64,000 nucleotides of DNA from Tepidisphaera sp. (lineage in GTDB: Bacteria > Planctomycetota > Phycisphaerae > Phycisphaerales > UBA1924): positions 1,600,001 through 1,664,000 of the forward strand of contig CP051526.1 of assembly GCA_050916045.1 (NCBI GenBank). The letters run 5' to 3'. A program made the translations under genes and the position numbers. The notes under the pieces are model-generated. The model saw only the letters and a program-made list of their open reading frames with translations. It was not told the origin of the DNA and searched no databases. Positions 37,801-47,100 of this stretch are shown piece by piece (positions within the stretch are counted from its first letter, which is position 1; every line of letters starts with the position of its first letter).

Positions 37801-38022
37801 CTAATGACGACGCTGGCGCTGATTGGGGGGATGCTGCCGCTTGCGGTGGGGACCGGGCCGGGAGCGGAGGAGCGGCGAGCGGTGGCGGTGGTGGTGATCG
37901 GGGGCCAGATGTTGTCGCTGATCCTGACGCTTCTGGTCACGCCGGTGGCGCACCTGGTGCTGGACAGGGCGTTCGGGCGGCGGCGCACTGTGTCTCGTGA
38001 TGCGGAAGGTCATCCGGCCTGA
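34849..38022 (+). CDS. AcrB/AcrD/AcrF-family RND permease
   Basis: IKRPVFA, GIVIDDAIVVLENI, GIVKKNSIL, RLRPILMTT. Confidence 0.95.
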   Translation: MRTLAEICIKRPVFAVMLIAAMVVVGSVAFSKLGVDRLPSVDLPTVNVRTTLPGASPEEVESQVSQVIEEAVNTVEGIEELRSISGQGSSVIIATFSLSRNIDTAAQDVRDRVATVLRRLPDDAEPPVVSKFDNDSSPVLTLALSGDRSIRELTEVADKLIRPRLERSAGVGQVNIVGGLERTVNIDVDAQRLTALGIPITAVRDAIQRQNADVPGGNVTGPEREQVLRTMGRLETPEAFNDIIVAVVNGTPIRIKDIGAATDGTREQRTASRLNGVNAVSLEIRRQSGANSVAVIEGVRKEYLALADIVPTGVKLEIIRDQSEYIYAALHEIELHLVLGAILASLVVFAFMRSWRSTLIAAVAIPTSVIATFGVMWVLDFTLNSVTMLALVLMVGIVIDDAIVVLENIYRLVEEEGMPAMEAARKGTGEIALAVLATTLSLVVIFVPVSFMSSISGRFLYQFGVTAAVAVLVSLLVSFSLTPMMASRMLKADPKGPRHGERATSRRGFYALLDGAYVGTLRWCVRWRKTTLVVAAVAMASAVPLYSMLRQDYVPSDVDEAEFNVNINGPEGVSFEAFDEAVKEVEKRISAHPAVVTTLSSVGGSFLGQVNRGEIYVRIQPHAGRYLSLSRLWRETLAGKPLDAFRGNYTQSDVIQQLRREVRGLPDLRVSIRPFAAFNIGGGNFDIDLAIRGPELEKLAEYTETLRVRSRELGGLPDIDTTLKLNTPELRVEIDRERAADLGVSPRDVGTALRLLVGGEDEVSRFRDPATNEDYDVQLRLIRRDRERPDELPQLLVPAPASPGRVVELRSFADVVPAQGAARIDRLDRQRAANVRGTVGSGYALADRLEAMRGEIDKLQMPGEYTVRTLGRGRELERTFAEFLIAFALSIVFMYMILAANYESYLHPFTILLSLPLSIPFAFLSLWLMGESLNLYSALGILVLFGIVKKNSILQVDHINQLRERGVPIEEAVVQGSRDRLRPILMTTLALIGGMLPLAVGTGPGAEERRAVAVVVIGGQMLSLILTLLVTPVAHLVLDRAFGRRRTVSRDAEGHPA

Positions 38023-38435
38023 GGGGTGAGCGCGGGTGGCCCCGAAAGCATGACCGCGAGCGGCGCGAGGTAGCCGAAGATGACGGCGAGCGTCCAGAGG
38101 ATGCAGCACACCACGAACTTGCCGTTGATGGCTTCGGCGTTGCCGGGGACGATCTGCTTGGCGATCAGGATGGCGGTGATGATGCCGATGATGGCGACGG
38201 GGATCATGAGCCAAAGGGCGAGCGTCTGCCGCTCCGCGTGGTAGAGCCAGGGGCCCAGCAGGAAGCCCGCGTGGAGCAGCCAGACGAAGACGGCGGCGAT
38301 GACAACCGGCGATGGGCTCTTGGTGTTGCCAAAAGCACGGCCGACGGCGCTGATTCCGTACGCGACGATGCAGAGCGCGATCGTGAGAATCAGCGGTGAA
38401 ATGGACAGGATGATCATGGCGGGGAGCCGTGGCAT
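38010..38435 (-). CDS. Hypothetical four-TM membrane protein
   Basis: Four hydrophobic segments starting from MPRLPAMIILS. Confidence 0.7.
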   Translation of the reverse strand: MPRLPAMIILSISPLILTIALCIVAYGISAVGRAFGNTKSPSPVVIAAVFVWLLHAGFLLGPWLYHAERQTLALWLMIPVAIIGIITAILIAKQIVPGNAEAINGKFVVCCILWTLAVIFGYLAPLAVMLSGPPALTPQAG

Positions 38436-38460
38436 TGTGAGTGGTTCCGATCGAGATGGA

Positions 38461-38838
38461 TCACCAGAAGCCGCCTTCTCGGAAGCGGTCGGCGCGGGAA
38501 GCGTTTTCGAGGCGATGGAGTTCCGCACGGAGCGCGTCCATGTCGGGAAGGATGGAGGGGGTAAAGGGCTCGATGACGAAGTAGACCCCCGACGGATCGG
38601 CGAACTCGCCGGAGTGATGGGAGGAAGAGCGCTCGACGAAGGTGAGATCCGTGGTGGTTTGTCGAGGGCGGGTGGTGACGGCACGCTCGAGGCGGACGCA
38701 GAGGCCCGAGGGCGGAGCAACGCGTGCTGGCGTGATCTCGACGATGCGGTTTCCGGCTTGGAGTTCATCGCGGATGAGCGAGCGGAGGGCCTGCGGGAAC
38801 TCGGACGGCAGACGTGCGAGGCCCGGATGGTTGGTCAC
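38461..38838 (-). CDS. Hypothetical protein
   Basis: GTGA overlap with the upstream gene; AAGGAA SD; protein-like composition. Confidence 0.65.
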   Translation of the reverse strand: MTNHPGLARLPSEFPQALRSLIRDELQAGNRIVEITPARVAPPSGLCVRLERAVTTRPRQTTTDLTFVERSSSHHSGEFADPSGVYFVIEPFTPSILPDMDALRAELHRLENASRADRFREGGFW

Positions 38839-40043
38839 GGGTGGTTCCTTTCAGGGATCGGGTAGCCGGCGCGGGCCATGACCTTGGCGAGCTTGTTCCA
38901 GCGCTTGTCACGCGTGAGGTAGGCCGCGTTTCTGGCCATGGTGCGTGCGGCTTGATCGATGGCGGTGTGGTGAGGTGTGTTTCGGAAGCGATCGGCGGCT
39001 TGGAGCATGACGCGGACGAAATCGTGCGGGTTGGGGTTCAGCTCGTAGTTGTCGGAGAGGAAGTTCGGACGGAAGTCCATGTCTTGGGCGGTGGCGAGGA
39101 GAGCGCACTGAATGGCGTGGGCCCAGGGGGCCGAGTTGGCTTGCAGAGTCGAGTCGGGCGCGGAACGAATGAGGATCGAGCCTCCCCAGCGGCTTCGGAG
39201 CTTGTTTGATCGCATCACCTCGGCGAAGAGGCGGCCGGAGTCAGGGGTGTCGAGGACTCGCTGGATGAGGATTGCTCGGCACTCGTCATCGTTGGCGACG
39301 TCGTCGATGATGAAGAACTCCAGGAGCATGGGGATCGGCTCGTCGGCGGGGACGCGATCGAGGTCCTTGCGGAGCTCGGATGCGAGGGTGGCTCCGGGCG
39401 GGAGCTTGAGGCTGGAGCCGCGGACGGAAGCGAGGGTGGACCGAAGGACGTTGGCGGCGGCGACGCGAACGGGTTGGCCGAACGCGTAGGCGCCGCCGAG
39501 GTATCCGAGCGCGGAGGTGATCGCGAGCGTCCATGTCGCGGCGCGGAGAGCGGTCGCCATCTTTGGCTGAGCTTGAATCGCTTGAGGCGTCGAGAAGGCG
39601 TCGACGGTCAGAAGCCACGCGAGCAGGACGGGGCCGAAGATGCCGAGCATCCAGCAGAGGATGTGCTTGAGAGCGCGGAGTGGGGGCCTGCTCATGCCGG
39701 GCTCGGCCCACATGGTGAAAGCCATGAACGCCGCGAGCGCCACGCCGAAACTCATGACCATCGTGAGGATGCCGGTCGCCCACCAGGGAAGATGGATGAC
39801 GGCCGCGAGGGCCCGGTCGGATCGAAGCGACGCGAGCAGGCTTGCGAGGGCGATGAGTACTCCGGCGATCATGAAGCCGAAGAGCACGACGACGAGCCCC
39901 ATCGCTTGCTCGCCCCTGGGCGGCTGACGCAGGAAGAGCCCGGTCATCAGCACGTTGCATCCGAGGATCACGAGCGTTCCGAGGACGATGAGGATCGTGG
40001 CGAGCGGAGCGAGCGGGGCGAGCGGGGCGAGCGGGGCGAGCAT
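38835..40043 (-). CDS. Hypothetical membrane protein (about 5 TM plus helical C-terminal domain)
   Basis: SD GAGGA; N-terminal (LAP)4 repeat; hydrophobic helices. Confidence 0.75.
   Translation of the reverse strand: MLAPLAPLAPLAPLATILIVLGTLVILGCNVLMTGLFLRQPPRGEQAMGLVVVLFGFMIAGVLIALASLLASLRSDRALAAVIHLPWWATGILTMVMSFGVALAAFMAFTMWAEPGMSRPPLRALKHILCWMLGIFGPVLLAWLLTVDAFSTPQAIQAQPKMATALRAATWTLAITSALGYLGGAYAFGQPVRVAAANVLRSTLASVRGSSLKLPPGATLASELRKDLDRVPADEPIPMLLEFFIIDDVANDDECRAILIQRVLDTPDSGRLFAEVMRSNKLRSRWGGSILIRSAPDSTLQANSAPWAHAIQCALLATAQDMDFRPNFLSDNYELNPNPHDFVRVMLQAADRFRNTPHHTAIDQAARTMARNAAYLTRDKRWNKLAKVMARAGYPIPERNHP
40000..40040. repeat. 9-bp tandem repeat (GCGAGCGGG x about 4.5) encoding LAPLAPLAPLAP
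   Basis: Units start at 40000, 40009, 40018, 40027 and 40036. Confidence 0.9.
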
Positions 40044-40065
40044 GGCGTGTCCTCGGTCGGCAGGC

Positions 40066-40482
40066 TTAGCGGGGCCAGGCGAATCGGACGGACTTGGGGG
40101 AGTCCGCGGAGCCGTCGGCTTTGCGGAGCTGGACGAAGATCTCGATCTCGCAGGGCTTGCCGTCCTTGACGTGGACGCGGTACTGGACGCTTCGGGGGTC
40201 GCCCGAGGTGGGGTCGATGCAGTTGCCCCAGGTGAAGAAGGGCTTGCTTTGGGCGCCGGCGCTTCGGGCGCTGGTCCGCATGGCTTCGGGCTCGAAGACG
40301 ACGCCGGTGAGGTGGCGGGCTTTGATGCGGACGCGCCATTCGCCGGAAGCGATGTCGGTTTCCTTGTAGGCGACGAAGGCGTAGTCGTCGTTGAGGATGG
40401 CGTCGTAGGCGTCGAGCTCGGCGAGGATGGCGACGGTCTGGGTGGGGGTGCTGGCGGGGGCTTCGATGAGTTTGGCGGGCAT
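40066..40482 (-). CDS. Hypothetical soluble protein (138 aa)
   Basis: AAAGGA SD before ATG 40482; C-ending codon bias. Confidence 0.75.
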   Translation of the reverse strand: MPAKLIEAPASTPTQTVAILAELDAYDAILNDDYAFVAYKETDIASGEWRVRIKARHLTGVVFEPEAMRTSARSAGAQSKPFFTWGNCIDPTSGDPRSVQYRVHVKDGKPCEIEIFVQLRKADGSADSPKSVRFAWPR

Positions 40483-40568
40483 GTGTGTGGTCCTTTGGTG
40501 TTGCGGATGAATGGTCGTGTTGCTGGAGGTCAGTGCGAGTCGCGGAGACGCGAAAGCTCGGGAATCCG

Positions 40569-41129
40569 TCAGAGGAACGGGCTGATCAGCCCGAGGAAGA
40601 GGAGCGAAAGGGCTCCGGCGATGATGAACCACTTGGGATTGGAGGTGGATTCGAGGCGAAGAAACCCGCGATCGGGGAGCGTGGGGTCGGCGTAGGCCTT
40701 GAGCGTCATGCCGGGGGTGTACTCGCGGACCTCCTCGGCGGCGCTCTCGCGGCTTGCGTAGGAGCGATGGATGATCGTGGGGTAGAGAAGGTCGCTTTCG
40801 TACCGCGTGTCGCCGATGGAGTACTCGAAGCGGACCTCGGGCAGGTGGGTGGTTGTGCTGGTGCTTCGGAGTGGGCGGGTGTCGTTGTCGCGAGAGGTGC
40901 TTGATTTGACCTCGACGGAGAGGATTCGGGCTTCGACGGGCACGGCCGAGGTCATGAGACGACGCTGGGTGAAGTGTTCGCGGGTGCCGACGACGATGAG
41001 CATGACGCCCAGGCCGCCGAACATGAGGACGAAGATCGCGAGCATGATGAAGTCCGTCACGGTGCGTTTCCTGGTTCGACGGCGGTGGAGGGATGCGAGC
41101 AGGTTGCCGGGAGTGCGGGCGGGCGTCAT
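40569..41129 (-). CDS. DUF3592-like membrane protein (alternative start GTG 41060)
   Basis: TM, then VEARILS..PEVRFEYSIG..YES..AYADPTLP, then TM. Confidence 0.7.
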   Translation of the reverse strand: MTPARTPGNLLASLHRRRTRKRTVTDFIMLAIFVLMFGGLGVMLIVVGTREHFTQRRLMTSAVPVEARILSVEVKSSTSRDNDTRPLRSTSTTTHLPEVRFEYSIGDTRYESDLLYPTIIHRSYASRESAAEEVREYTPGMTLKAYADPTLPDRGFLRLESTSNPKWFIIAGALSLLFLGLISPFL

Positions 41130-42055
41130 GGGGAAGGGCTCCTGAGAATGGCGTCGATCTCGGCGCGGTCCTCGTCCATGCCGGCGCCGTAGCGGTCGGC
41201 TTCTTCCTCCGTGTGCGGGTCGGGATAGGTGCTGAGTCGGTGCTGGAGGGCGCGGGCGTGGAGCTCAAGGGCCCGGGGTGAGGGTGTGGAGCGTCTGCCG
41301 TCGCGGCGGACCTGTTCACGAAGAGCTTGAAGGAAGAGTTCTGAGAGAGCGGCGCGTCCTTGGGCGGAGTCGTCGGCGGCGAAGACGAGCTGTGCGGCTT
41401 CGTTGAATCGGTCGGCGGCGATGAGGGGGGCGGCCTTGGCGAGCGCGGCTTCGCGGGCTTTGGCGACCTCTTTGGCGTGGATTGCGGCTTGGGTTTCTGG
41501 CGGGGGCGATGGGTCGCGAGTGATGAGGTCGATCTCGTAGTCGGGGCCGTCCTGCTCGAGCTTGACGGTGGGGCCGAGGTGGTGGATGAGTTCGAAGGAG
41601 TGGATGCACCGCTCGAGCTTGGGCATGAACGTGGGTTCGAACTCGCGGGGGCAGATGACGCGGGCGGTGAGGAAGCGGTTGCCGTCTTCGAGGGCGACGA
41701 TGCTGAGGACGAGTTCATCCTCATCCTCGCCGTGCAAAGCGGTTGCGAGAATCGCCGGGTGGTTCTTGCGGACGCCGCCGACGTACGACGGGCCGATGCT
41801 GAGGAGCCGCGTGCTTTCGCCGGCGAGAAGGGAGACCAGCCGGTCGCGGACGGGACCGGTGGTGAGGTTCGGGTGATGGGCGATGAGGAGCGAGACGGGG
41901 GCCGCGGGCGCGGAGAGGGAGAGCAAGACCACGGACGGCTCAGGGTTTGCGAAGCCCGTCGGTCCGCCGTCCGACTTGACGAAGTCCGAGGGAGTCTTCA
42001 TCGTGAAGTTCAGGCCGGACGGGCGGTCGAGGTGGTTTTTCTGGAGCAAAGCCAT
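41126..42055 (-). CDS. Hypothetical protein
   Basis: GGAGG SD; 309-aa ORF with consistent codon bias. Confidence 0.7.
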   Translation of the reverse strand: MALLQKNHLDRPSGLNFTMKTPSDFVKSDGGPTGFANPEPSVVLLSLSAPAAPVSLLIAHHPNLTTGPVRDRLVSLLAGESTRLLSIGPSYVGGVRKNHPAILATALHGEDEDELVLSIVALEDGNRFLTARVICPREFEPTFMPKLERCIHSFELIHHLGPTVKLEQDGPDYEIDLITRDPSPPPETQAAIHAKEVAKAREAALAKAAPLIAADRFNEAAQLVFAADDSAQGRAALSELFLQALREQVRRDGRRSTPSPRALELHARALQHRLSTYPDPHTEEEADRYGAGMDEDRAEIDAILRSPSP

Positions 42056-42082
42056 GCGATCCTCCGGCGTCGGTCGGGGTGG

Positions 42083-42370
42083 TCACCACTCGATGCGGAT
42101 GAGCACGATGACGAGGGCGACCACCGCGAAGAGCGGGAAAATGCCCGTCGCGGCGGCGTGCCAGTGCTTGTCGCGGTTCATCAGCCAGATCGCGCCGACC
42201 AATGAAGCGACCTGGACCAAGCCGATGCCCAGAGCCATCCACTTGGCTTGCTGGATGTTCGCGGGCTTGGCGTTGGCGAGGCTCGCGGCGAGGAGCACGA
42301 GCACGGTCAGCGAGCTGAGCACGCCGATAGCGGAAGCGACGATGGCGACGAAGATCTGGAGGATGACCAC
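42083..42370 (-). CDS. Small three-TM membrane protein
   Basis: Three hydrophobic helices; start codon uncertain. Confidence 0.6.
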   Translation of the reverse strand: MVILQIFVAIVASAIGVLSSLTVLVLLAASLANAKPANIQQAKWMALGIGLVQVASLVGAIWLMNRDKHWHAAATGIFPLFAVVALVIVLIRIEW

Positions 42371-42510
42371 GGCGGTCAGTGCGTGTGAGGGGGGCGGCGG
42401 AGCTTGCGAATCTGGCGGGGACTGGTGGCTTTGGGAGGGCGGGGGCGGAATTACGGGTTCCAGAACCCGAATCAGCTTTGTCAGACCACAGTTCCCGAGC
42501 GAGGTACCGC

Positions 42511-43191
42511 ATGAGCCCGACTACCGCCGATTCTGTCCCGACTCAACTCGAACGCACGGGTAGGTCTTTCGCCGGCGGCCTGCTTTGGTTCGGTGTGGCG
42601 GTTCCGATCGTTTACTACGGCTTGCAGGTGGTCGGAGCGATGCGGGTGGAGGGGTACAGCTGGGTGCGGAACACCGCGAGCGACCTAGGGTCGACTGATC
42701 TGCCGCATCACCGGTGGTTTAACGCGGGTGTCATGATGCTTGGCGGCGTGTTTGCTCTGGCGGCGGTGGGGTACTGGTCCGCGTTGCGTGCGATGGGGGC
42801 GCGGTGGTGGGTTGCGGCGCTGGTTGCGGCGGGGCTGCTTGGGATGGGTGTGCAGACGGCGTGGGCTGGGTGGTATCCGGTGCCGCATCCCAAGCACGGC
42901 GGGCATCCGGCGTTCGTGATCGCGATGCTCGCCACGCCGGTGCTGATCTCGGTGGCGATGTGGAAGTGGACGGGCTGGGCTTTCCGCGCGTACCTCGTGA
43001 TGAACCTGCTTGGGCTTCTTGCGATGGTGCCGATCATGTCGGGAATGATTGCGGTCGATCGGGGCGCGTACGCGGGGCTGTTGCAGCGTCTCTTGACGGC
43101 GACGATTTTCATTCCCATCGCGGTGGCGGCTGCACGATTGATGATCGAGCTGCGCCGGGCGGCGAAACGCGACGGGGCCGTTGAGATGTGA
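42511..43191 (+). CDS. DUF998-family membrane protein
   Basis: GYSWVRNTASDLG, FN, HG and GLLQR motifs. Confidence 0.75.
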   Translation: MSPTTADSVPTQLERTGRSFAGGLLWFGVAVPIVYYGLQVVGAMRVEGYSWVRNTASDLGSTDLPHHRWFNAGVMMLGGVFALAAVGYWSALRAMGARWWVAALVAAGLLGMGVQTAWAGWYPVPHPKHGGHPAFVIAMLATPVLISVAMWKWTGWAFRAYLVMNLLGLLAMVPIMSGMIAVDRGAYAGLLQRLLTATIFIPIAVAAARLMIELRRAAKRDGAVEM

Positions 43192-43270
43192 ACGCGCGGC
43201 GTCCCTGCCGCTTTCGCGATGGACTCGCCGCGTCAGGATGTGGATGAGTGCGTCGGGCTGAGGAGCCGGC

Positions 43271-43768
43271 TTAGCGCTTGAGATCAAAGCCGACGACGCT
43301 CTTGGCGCCCTTGTCGTCCTCGATCTCGATCCAGAGCTTGCTGCCATCGGGGAGGGGATTGGGGATCTCGGCGTGGGTGTGCCAGCGGTTTGGATCCTTC
43401 GGGTCTTCGATCTCGGCTTTGGCTTTCACCGAGCCCTTGGCGTCCTCGGTGCCGATCCAGAAGCGGACGGCGGCCACCTTGGCGGTGCCGGTCGCGGTAA
43501 CGGTGGCATCGATGGGAGCGTCCTTGCCGGCGACGATCTGGCCTTCGTCGCGGCTGGCTTTGAGCGTGAAGGAGCCGGCGGTCTGCTCGCCCAGGGCGAT
43601 CGCAGCGCCGCCATGGCCGTGATCGTGATCATGGTCATGGTCGTGGCCATGGTCGTCAGCCTTCTTGGTGGTGCTGGCGGGCTTCTTCTGTTCGCAGCCG
43701 GCGAGAGGCATGGCGGCGAGCGGAAGAGCGACGATCAGGAGAGCGGCGAGGGGTGTGAAACGCTTCAT
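43271..43768 (-). CDS. His-rich lipoprotein, probable metal chaperone
   Basis: Lipobox LAGC; DDHGHDHDHDHDHGH; WHTHAE; ATGA-coupled to the RND gene. Confidence 0.8.
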   Translation of the reverse strand: MKRFTPLAALLIVALPLAAMPLAGCEQKKPASTTKKADDHGHDHDHDHDHGHGGAAIALGEQTAGSFTLKASRDEGQIVAGKDAPIDATVTATGTAKVAAVRFWIGTEDAKGSVKAKAEIEDPKDPNRWHTHAEIPNPLPDGSKLWIEIEDDKGAKSVVGFDLKR

Positions 43769-46700
43769 CGAAGGTCCTTTCTGAATCGTGAGAGCACGAT
43801 GAACTGGGAAGTGAGACGCCTATCAAGAGGAGCGGTTGCCGAATTTTCGGGCGACACGCCGGAACCAGGAGTTTGGCGGGGGGGGTCGGTCGGTTCCCGT
43901 GGGGTGCGATGGACAAGCGAGAATCCGGCGGGAACGACGAACAGGTTGAGGAACGTGGAGGTCAGGAGCCCGCCGAGCACGACGACGGCGAGCGGGGCGA
44001 GGAGCTCGCTGCCGGGCTCACCGACCGCGAGGGCGAGCGGGAGCAGGCCCAGAGCGGCGGAGAGGGCGGTCATGAGGATCGGGACGAGCCGCTCGAGCGA
44101 GCCTTGGATGATGGCTTCGTGCATGGGCTTCTTGTCGACCTCCATCAGGTGCTTGTAGTGATTGACGAGGAGGATGCCGTTGCGGACGGCGATGCCGAAG
44201 AGCGTCACGAACCCGACGAGACTTGCGATGGAAAGCACGGGGGCGAGGTACGGGGATGAGCCCAGGCCGAAGAGGGCGAGCGTGTTCCGCCAGAGGCCCG
44301 CGTGAAGAAGTGAGTCGGTGATGAAGATCGCCGTGATGCCGCCGATTGTGGCGAGCGGGAGGTTGACCATGACGAGAGCGGCGATGCGGAGCGACCCGGT
44401 TGAGATCTGGAGCAGAAGCAGCATGATCACGGCGATCCCCGCGCCGGCGAAGAGCAGCGTACGGCTCGCGGACTGCTGTGCTTCGAACTGGCCGCCGAAC
44501 TCGACGACGTAGCCTTCGCGCTGGACGATGGGTTCGACCCGGCGTTTGACTTCGGCGACGAGATCGCCGAGGTTGTAGCCGTCGGCGACGTTGCAGGAGA
44601 TGACGGCTTTGCGCTGGGCGTTCTCGCGGGCGATGATGTTGGGGGTCTTCTCGGGCCCGATGTCTGCGACGTCGCGCAGGCGGACGGTGGGGCCGGGCTT
44701 GCCGTCCTCGGCGCGGCCACGCAGGATGAGGTCCTCGACCTGCTGCAGGCGTTCGCGTTCGGAGGCGTCGAGCCGGACGACCATGGCGTACCTGCGGATG
44801 CCCTGGTTCACCTCGGCGACCTCTTCGCCGTAGAGAGCCATCTGGACCTGCTCGGCGGCTTCGGCCGGGGTCAGCCCGGCGGCGGCGAGGGCGTCGTGTC
44901 GATAGCGGAGTGGCAGGCTGGTGATGAGCACTTCGCGGTTGGCGGTGACGTCGCGGGCGCCGGGCAAGCTCTTGAGCTCGGATTCGATCCGCTTGGCGAG
45001 CGAGCGGAGGACGGCGAGGTCTTCGCCGTAGACGTTGATCGCGATGGCGGCGGGGGTGCCGGAGAGAATGTGCGACAGGCGGTGCTCGATCGGCTGGCCG
45101 ATCTGGACGGTGACGCCCGGGACGGCGGTGGCGATGGCGGCGATCTGCTTGCGGATCGCGGATTTGTCGCCGCCGGGAGCCACGAGGATGTCGAGCTCGC
45201 TGTTGGAGACGGGTTCGGCGTGTTCATCGCGTTCGGCGCGGCCGGTACGGCGGGTGACGCTTTGCACGCCGGGGATCTTGATCAGCCTTTCCTCGATGCC
45301 GATGGCGGCGCGGTTGCTTTCGCTCAGCGATGTGCCGGGGGGAGAAGAGACGAAGACGGTGAAGGACCCTTCGTTGAACTCGGGGAGGAAGGAGGTTCCG
45401 AAGGTGCGCGCGAGCAGGAGCGAGAGGAGGGTTGAGACGAGTGCGAAAGCCGCAACAAGGCCGCGACGGCGGATCGACCAGCGGAGGGCTGGCTCGTAGC
45501 GCCGCTTGAGCCAGCGGACGAGGAAGCCGTCGGGGTCGGCGTGCTGCGAGGCGTCCTTGCGGACCGAGGGCTTAAGCATGAGCTTGCACATCGCGGGGGT
45601 CACGGTGAGCGCGACGACGAGTGAAGCCATGATCGAGACGATGTAGGTCATCGCGAGGGGCTTGAAGAACCGGCCCTCAAGACCCTCGAGGAACATCAGT
45701 GGCAGGAAGACGATGCAGATCAGGATCGTCGCGTACACCACGGAGGAGCGGATCTCGTTACTGGCGTCGAAGATGACCTGGACAAAGCCGCGACGCTCGG
45801 CTTCGGGCAGGAGTGCGTTCTCTTCCAGCCTGCGGTGGACGTTCTCCACGTCGATGATCGCGTCGTCGACGAGTTCGCCGATCGCGACCGCGAGGCCGCC
45901 GAGCGTCATGACGTTGAGACTGAGGCCGAAGGTGTCCAAAGCCAGCAGGGCCGCAGCGAGCGAGAGGGGGAGAGCCGTCAGCGTGATGATCGTGGTGCGG
46001 ACGTTGAGCAGGAAGAGAATCAGGATGACCGCGACGATGATGGTCGCGTCGCGGAGGACGACAAGGACGTTCCGGACGGATCGTTCGATGAAGTGGCTTT
46101 GGCGGGAGACCTGCTTATTGATCACGATGCCCTGGGGAACGCTTTTCTCGAGCTGATCGAGGGCGGCATCGACCTGCTTGGTGAGGAGCAGGGTGTTTGT
46201 GCCGGGGGCTTTTTGAACGGAGAGGACGACGGCGGGCACACCCTGATTGGCGGCGGTGCCGCGTTTGGGGGCGCCGCCGAGGGTGACGTCCGCGACCTCG
46301 CCGATGGTGATCGGGAGGCCGTTCTTCATGGTGACCATCGTGGAAGCGATGTCGCGGACGCTCTTGACGCGGGCGGCCTGCCGCATGGGAAGCTCGGAGC
46401 GGTCGACATCGGCGAGGTATCCGGCGCTCGCGGTGCTGTGGGCTTTGCGAGCGGCGTCGACGACCTCGGCGATCGTGAGTCCGTAGAGCGCCAGGCGGTC
46501 CTGCTTGACGTTGATCTGGTACTCGGGCAGTTCACCGCCGATGGCGGAGACCTGCGACACGCCGGGGATGGCCAGAAGCCTGTTGCGCAGGTCGAACTCG
46601 GCGTACGCGCGGAGGTCCAGGTCGCTTACGGTTTTGTCGGGCGAAGAGACCGCGAGCAGCATGATCTCGCCGGTGATGCTCGAGATGGGCGTCATCGCGG

Positions 46701-47079
46701 GCTCGACTCCCGGGGGCAAGCTGTCGCGGATGCCGTCCATCCGCTCACCGACGAGCTGGCGGGCCCGGTAGATGTCAGTGCCCCAGTCAAACTCGACCCA
46801 GACGAGCGAGAGGGAGATGGCCGAGGCGCTGCGAACGCGGCGGACGCCGGGCAGGCCGTTGACGGCGGATTCGAGGGGGAAGGTGACGTACTGCTCGACC
46901 TCGTCGGCGGCGAGCCCGCCGGCTTCGGTCAGGATCACGACCGTCGGGGCGTTGAGTTCGGGAAAGACGTCGACCGACATCCGCGGCAGCCGGGCGATCG
47001 TGTACACGAGCAGCGCCGTGGCGAGCAGGAGCACCAGCGAAGAGTGCTTGAGTGAGAAGGAGATCAGGTGTTTGAGCAT
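43765..47079 (-). CDS. CusA/CzcA-family heavy-metal RND permease
   Basis: VDVFPELN, GELVDDAIIDVEN, GRAERDEHAE, GQPIEHRLSH, GIAVRNGILL. Confidence 0.92.
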   Translation of the reverse strand: MLKHLISFSLKHSSLVLLLATALLVYTIARLPRMSVDVFPELNAPTVVILTEAGGLAADEVEQYVTFPLESAVNGLPGVRRVRSASAISLSLVWVEFDWGTDIYRARQLVGERMDGIRDSLPPGVEPAMTPISSITGEIMLLAVSSPDKTVSDLDLRAYAEFDLRNRLLAIPGVSQVSAIGGELPEYQINVKQDRLALYGLTIAEVVDAARKAHSTASAGYLADVDRSELPMRQAARVKSVRDIASTMVTMKNGLPITIGEVADVTLGGAPKRGTAANQGVPAVVLSVQKAPGTNTLLLTKQVDAALDQLEKSVPQGIVINKQVSRQSHFIERSVRNVLVVLRDATIIVAVILILFLLNVRTTIITLTALPLSLAAALLALDTFGLSLNVMTLGGLAVAIGELVDDAIIDVENVHRRLEENALLPEAERRGFVQVIFDASNEIRSSVVYATILICIVFLPLMFLEGLEGRFFKPLAMTYIVSIMASLVVALTVTPAMCKLMLKPSVRKDASQHADPDGFLVRWLKRRYEPALRWSIRRRGLVAAFALVSTLLSLLLARTFGTSFLPEFNEGSFTVFVSSPPGTSLSESNRAAIGIEERLIKIPGVQSVTRRTGRAERDEHAEPVSNSELDILVAPGGDKSAIRKQIAAIATAVPGVTVQIGQPIEHRLSHILSGTPAAIAINVYGEDLAVLRSLAKRIESELKSLPGARDVTANREVLITSLPLRYRHDALAAAGLTPAEAAEQVQMALYGEEVAEVNQGIRRYAMVVRLDASERERLQQVEDLILRGRAEDGKPGPTVRLRDVADIGPEKTPNIIARENAQRKAVISCNVADGYNLGDLVAEVKRRVEPIVQREGYVVEFGGQFEAQQSASRTLLFAGAGIAVIMLLLLQISTGSLRIAALVMVNLPLATIGGITAIFITDSLLHAGLWRNTLALFGLGSSPYLAPVLSIASLVGFVTLFGIAVRNGILLVNHYKHLMEVDKKPMHEAIIQGSLERLVPILMTALSAALGLLPLALAVGEPGSELLAPLAVVVLGGLLTSTFLNLFVVPAGFSLVHRTPREPTDPPRQTPGSGVSPENSATAPLDRRLTSQFIVLSRFRKDLR

Positions 47080-47100
47080 GGGAGCCTCGATCAGAGCGGA

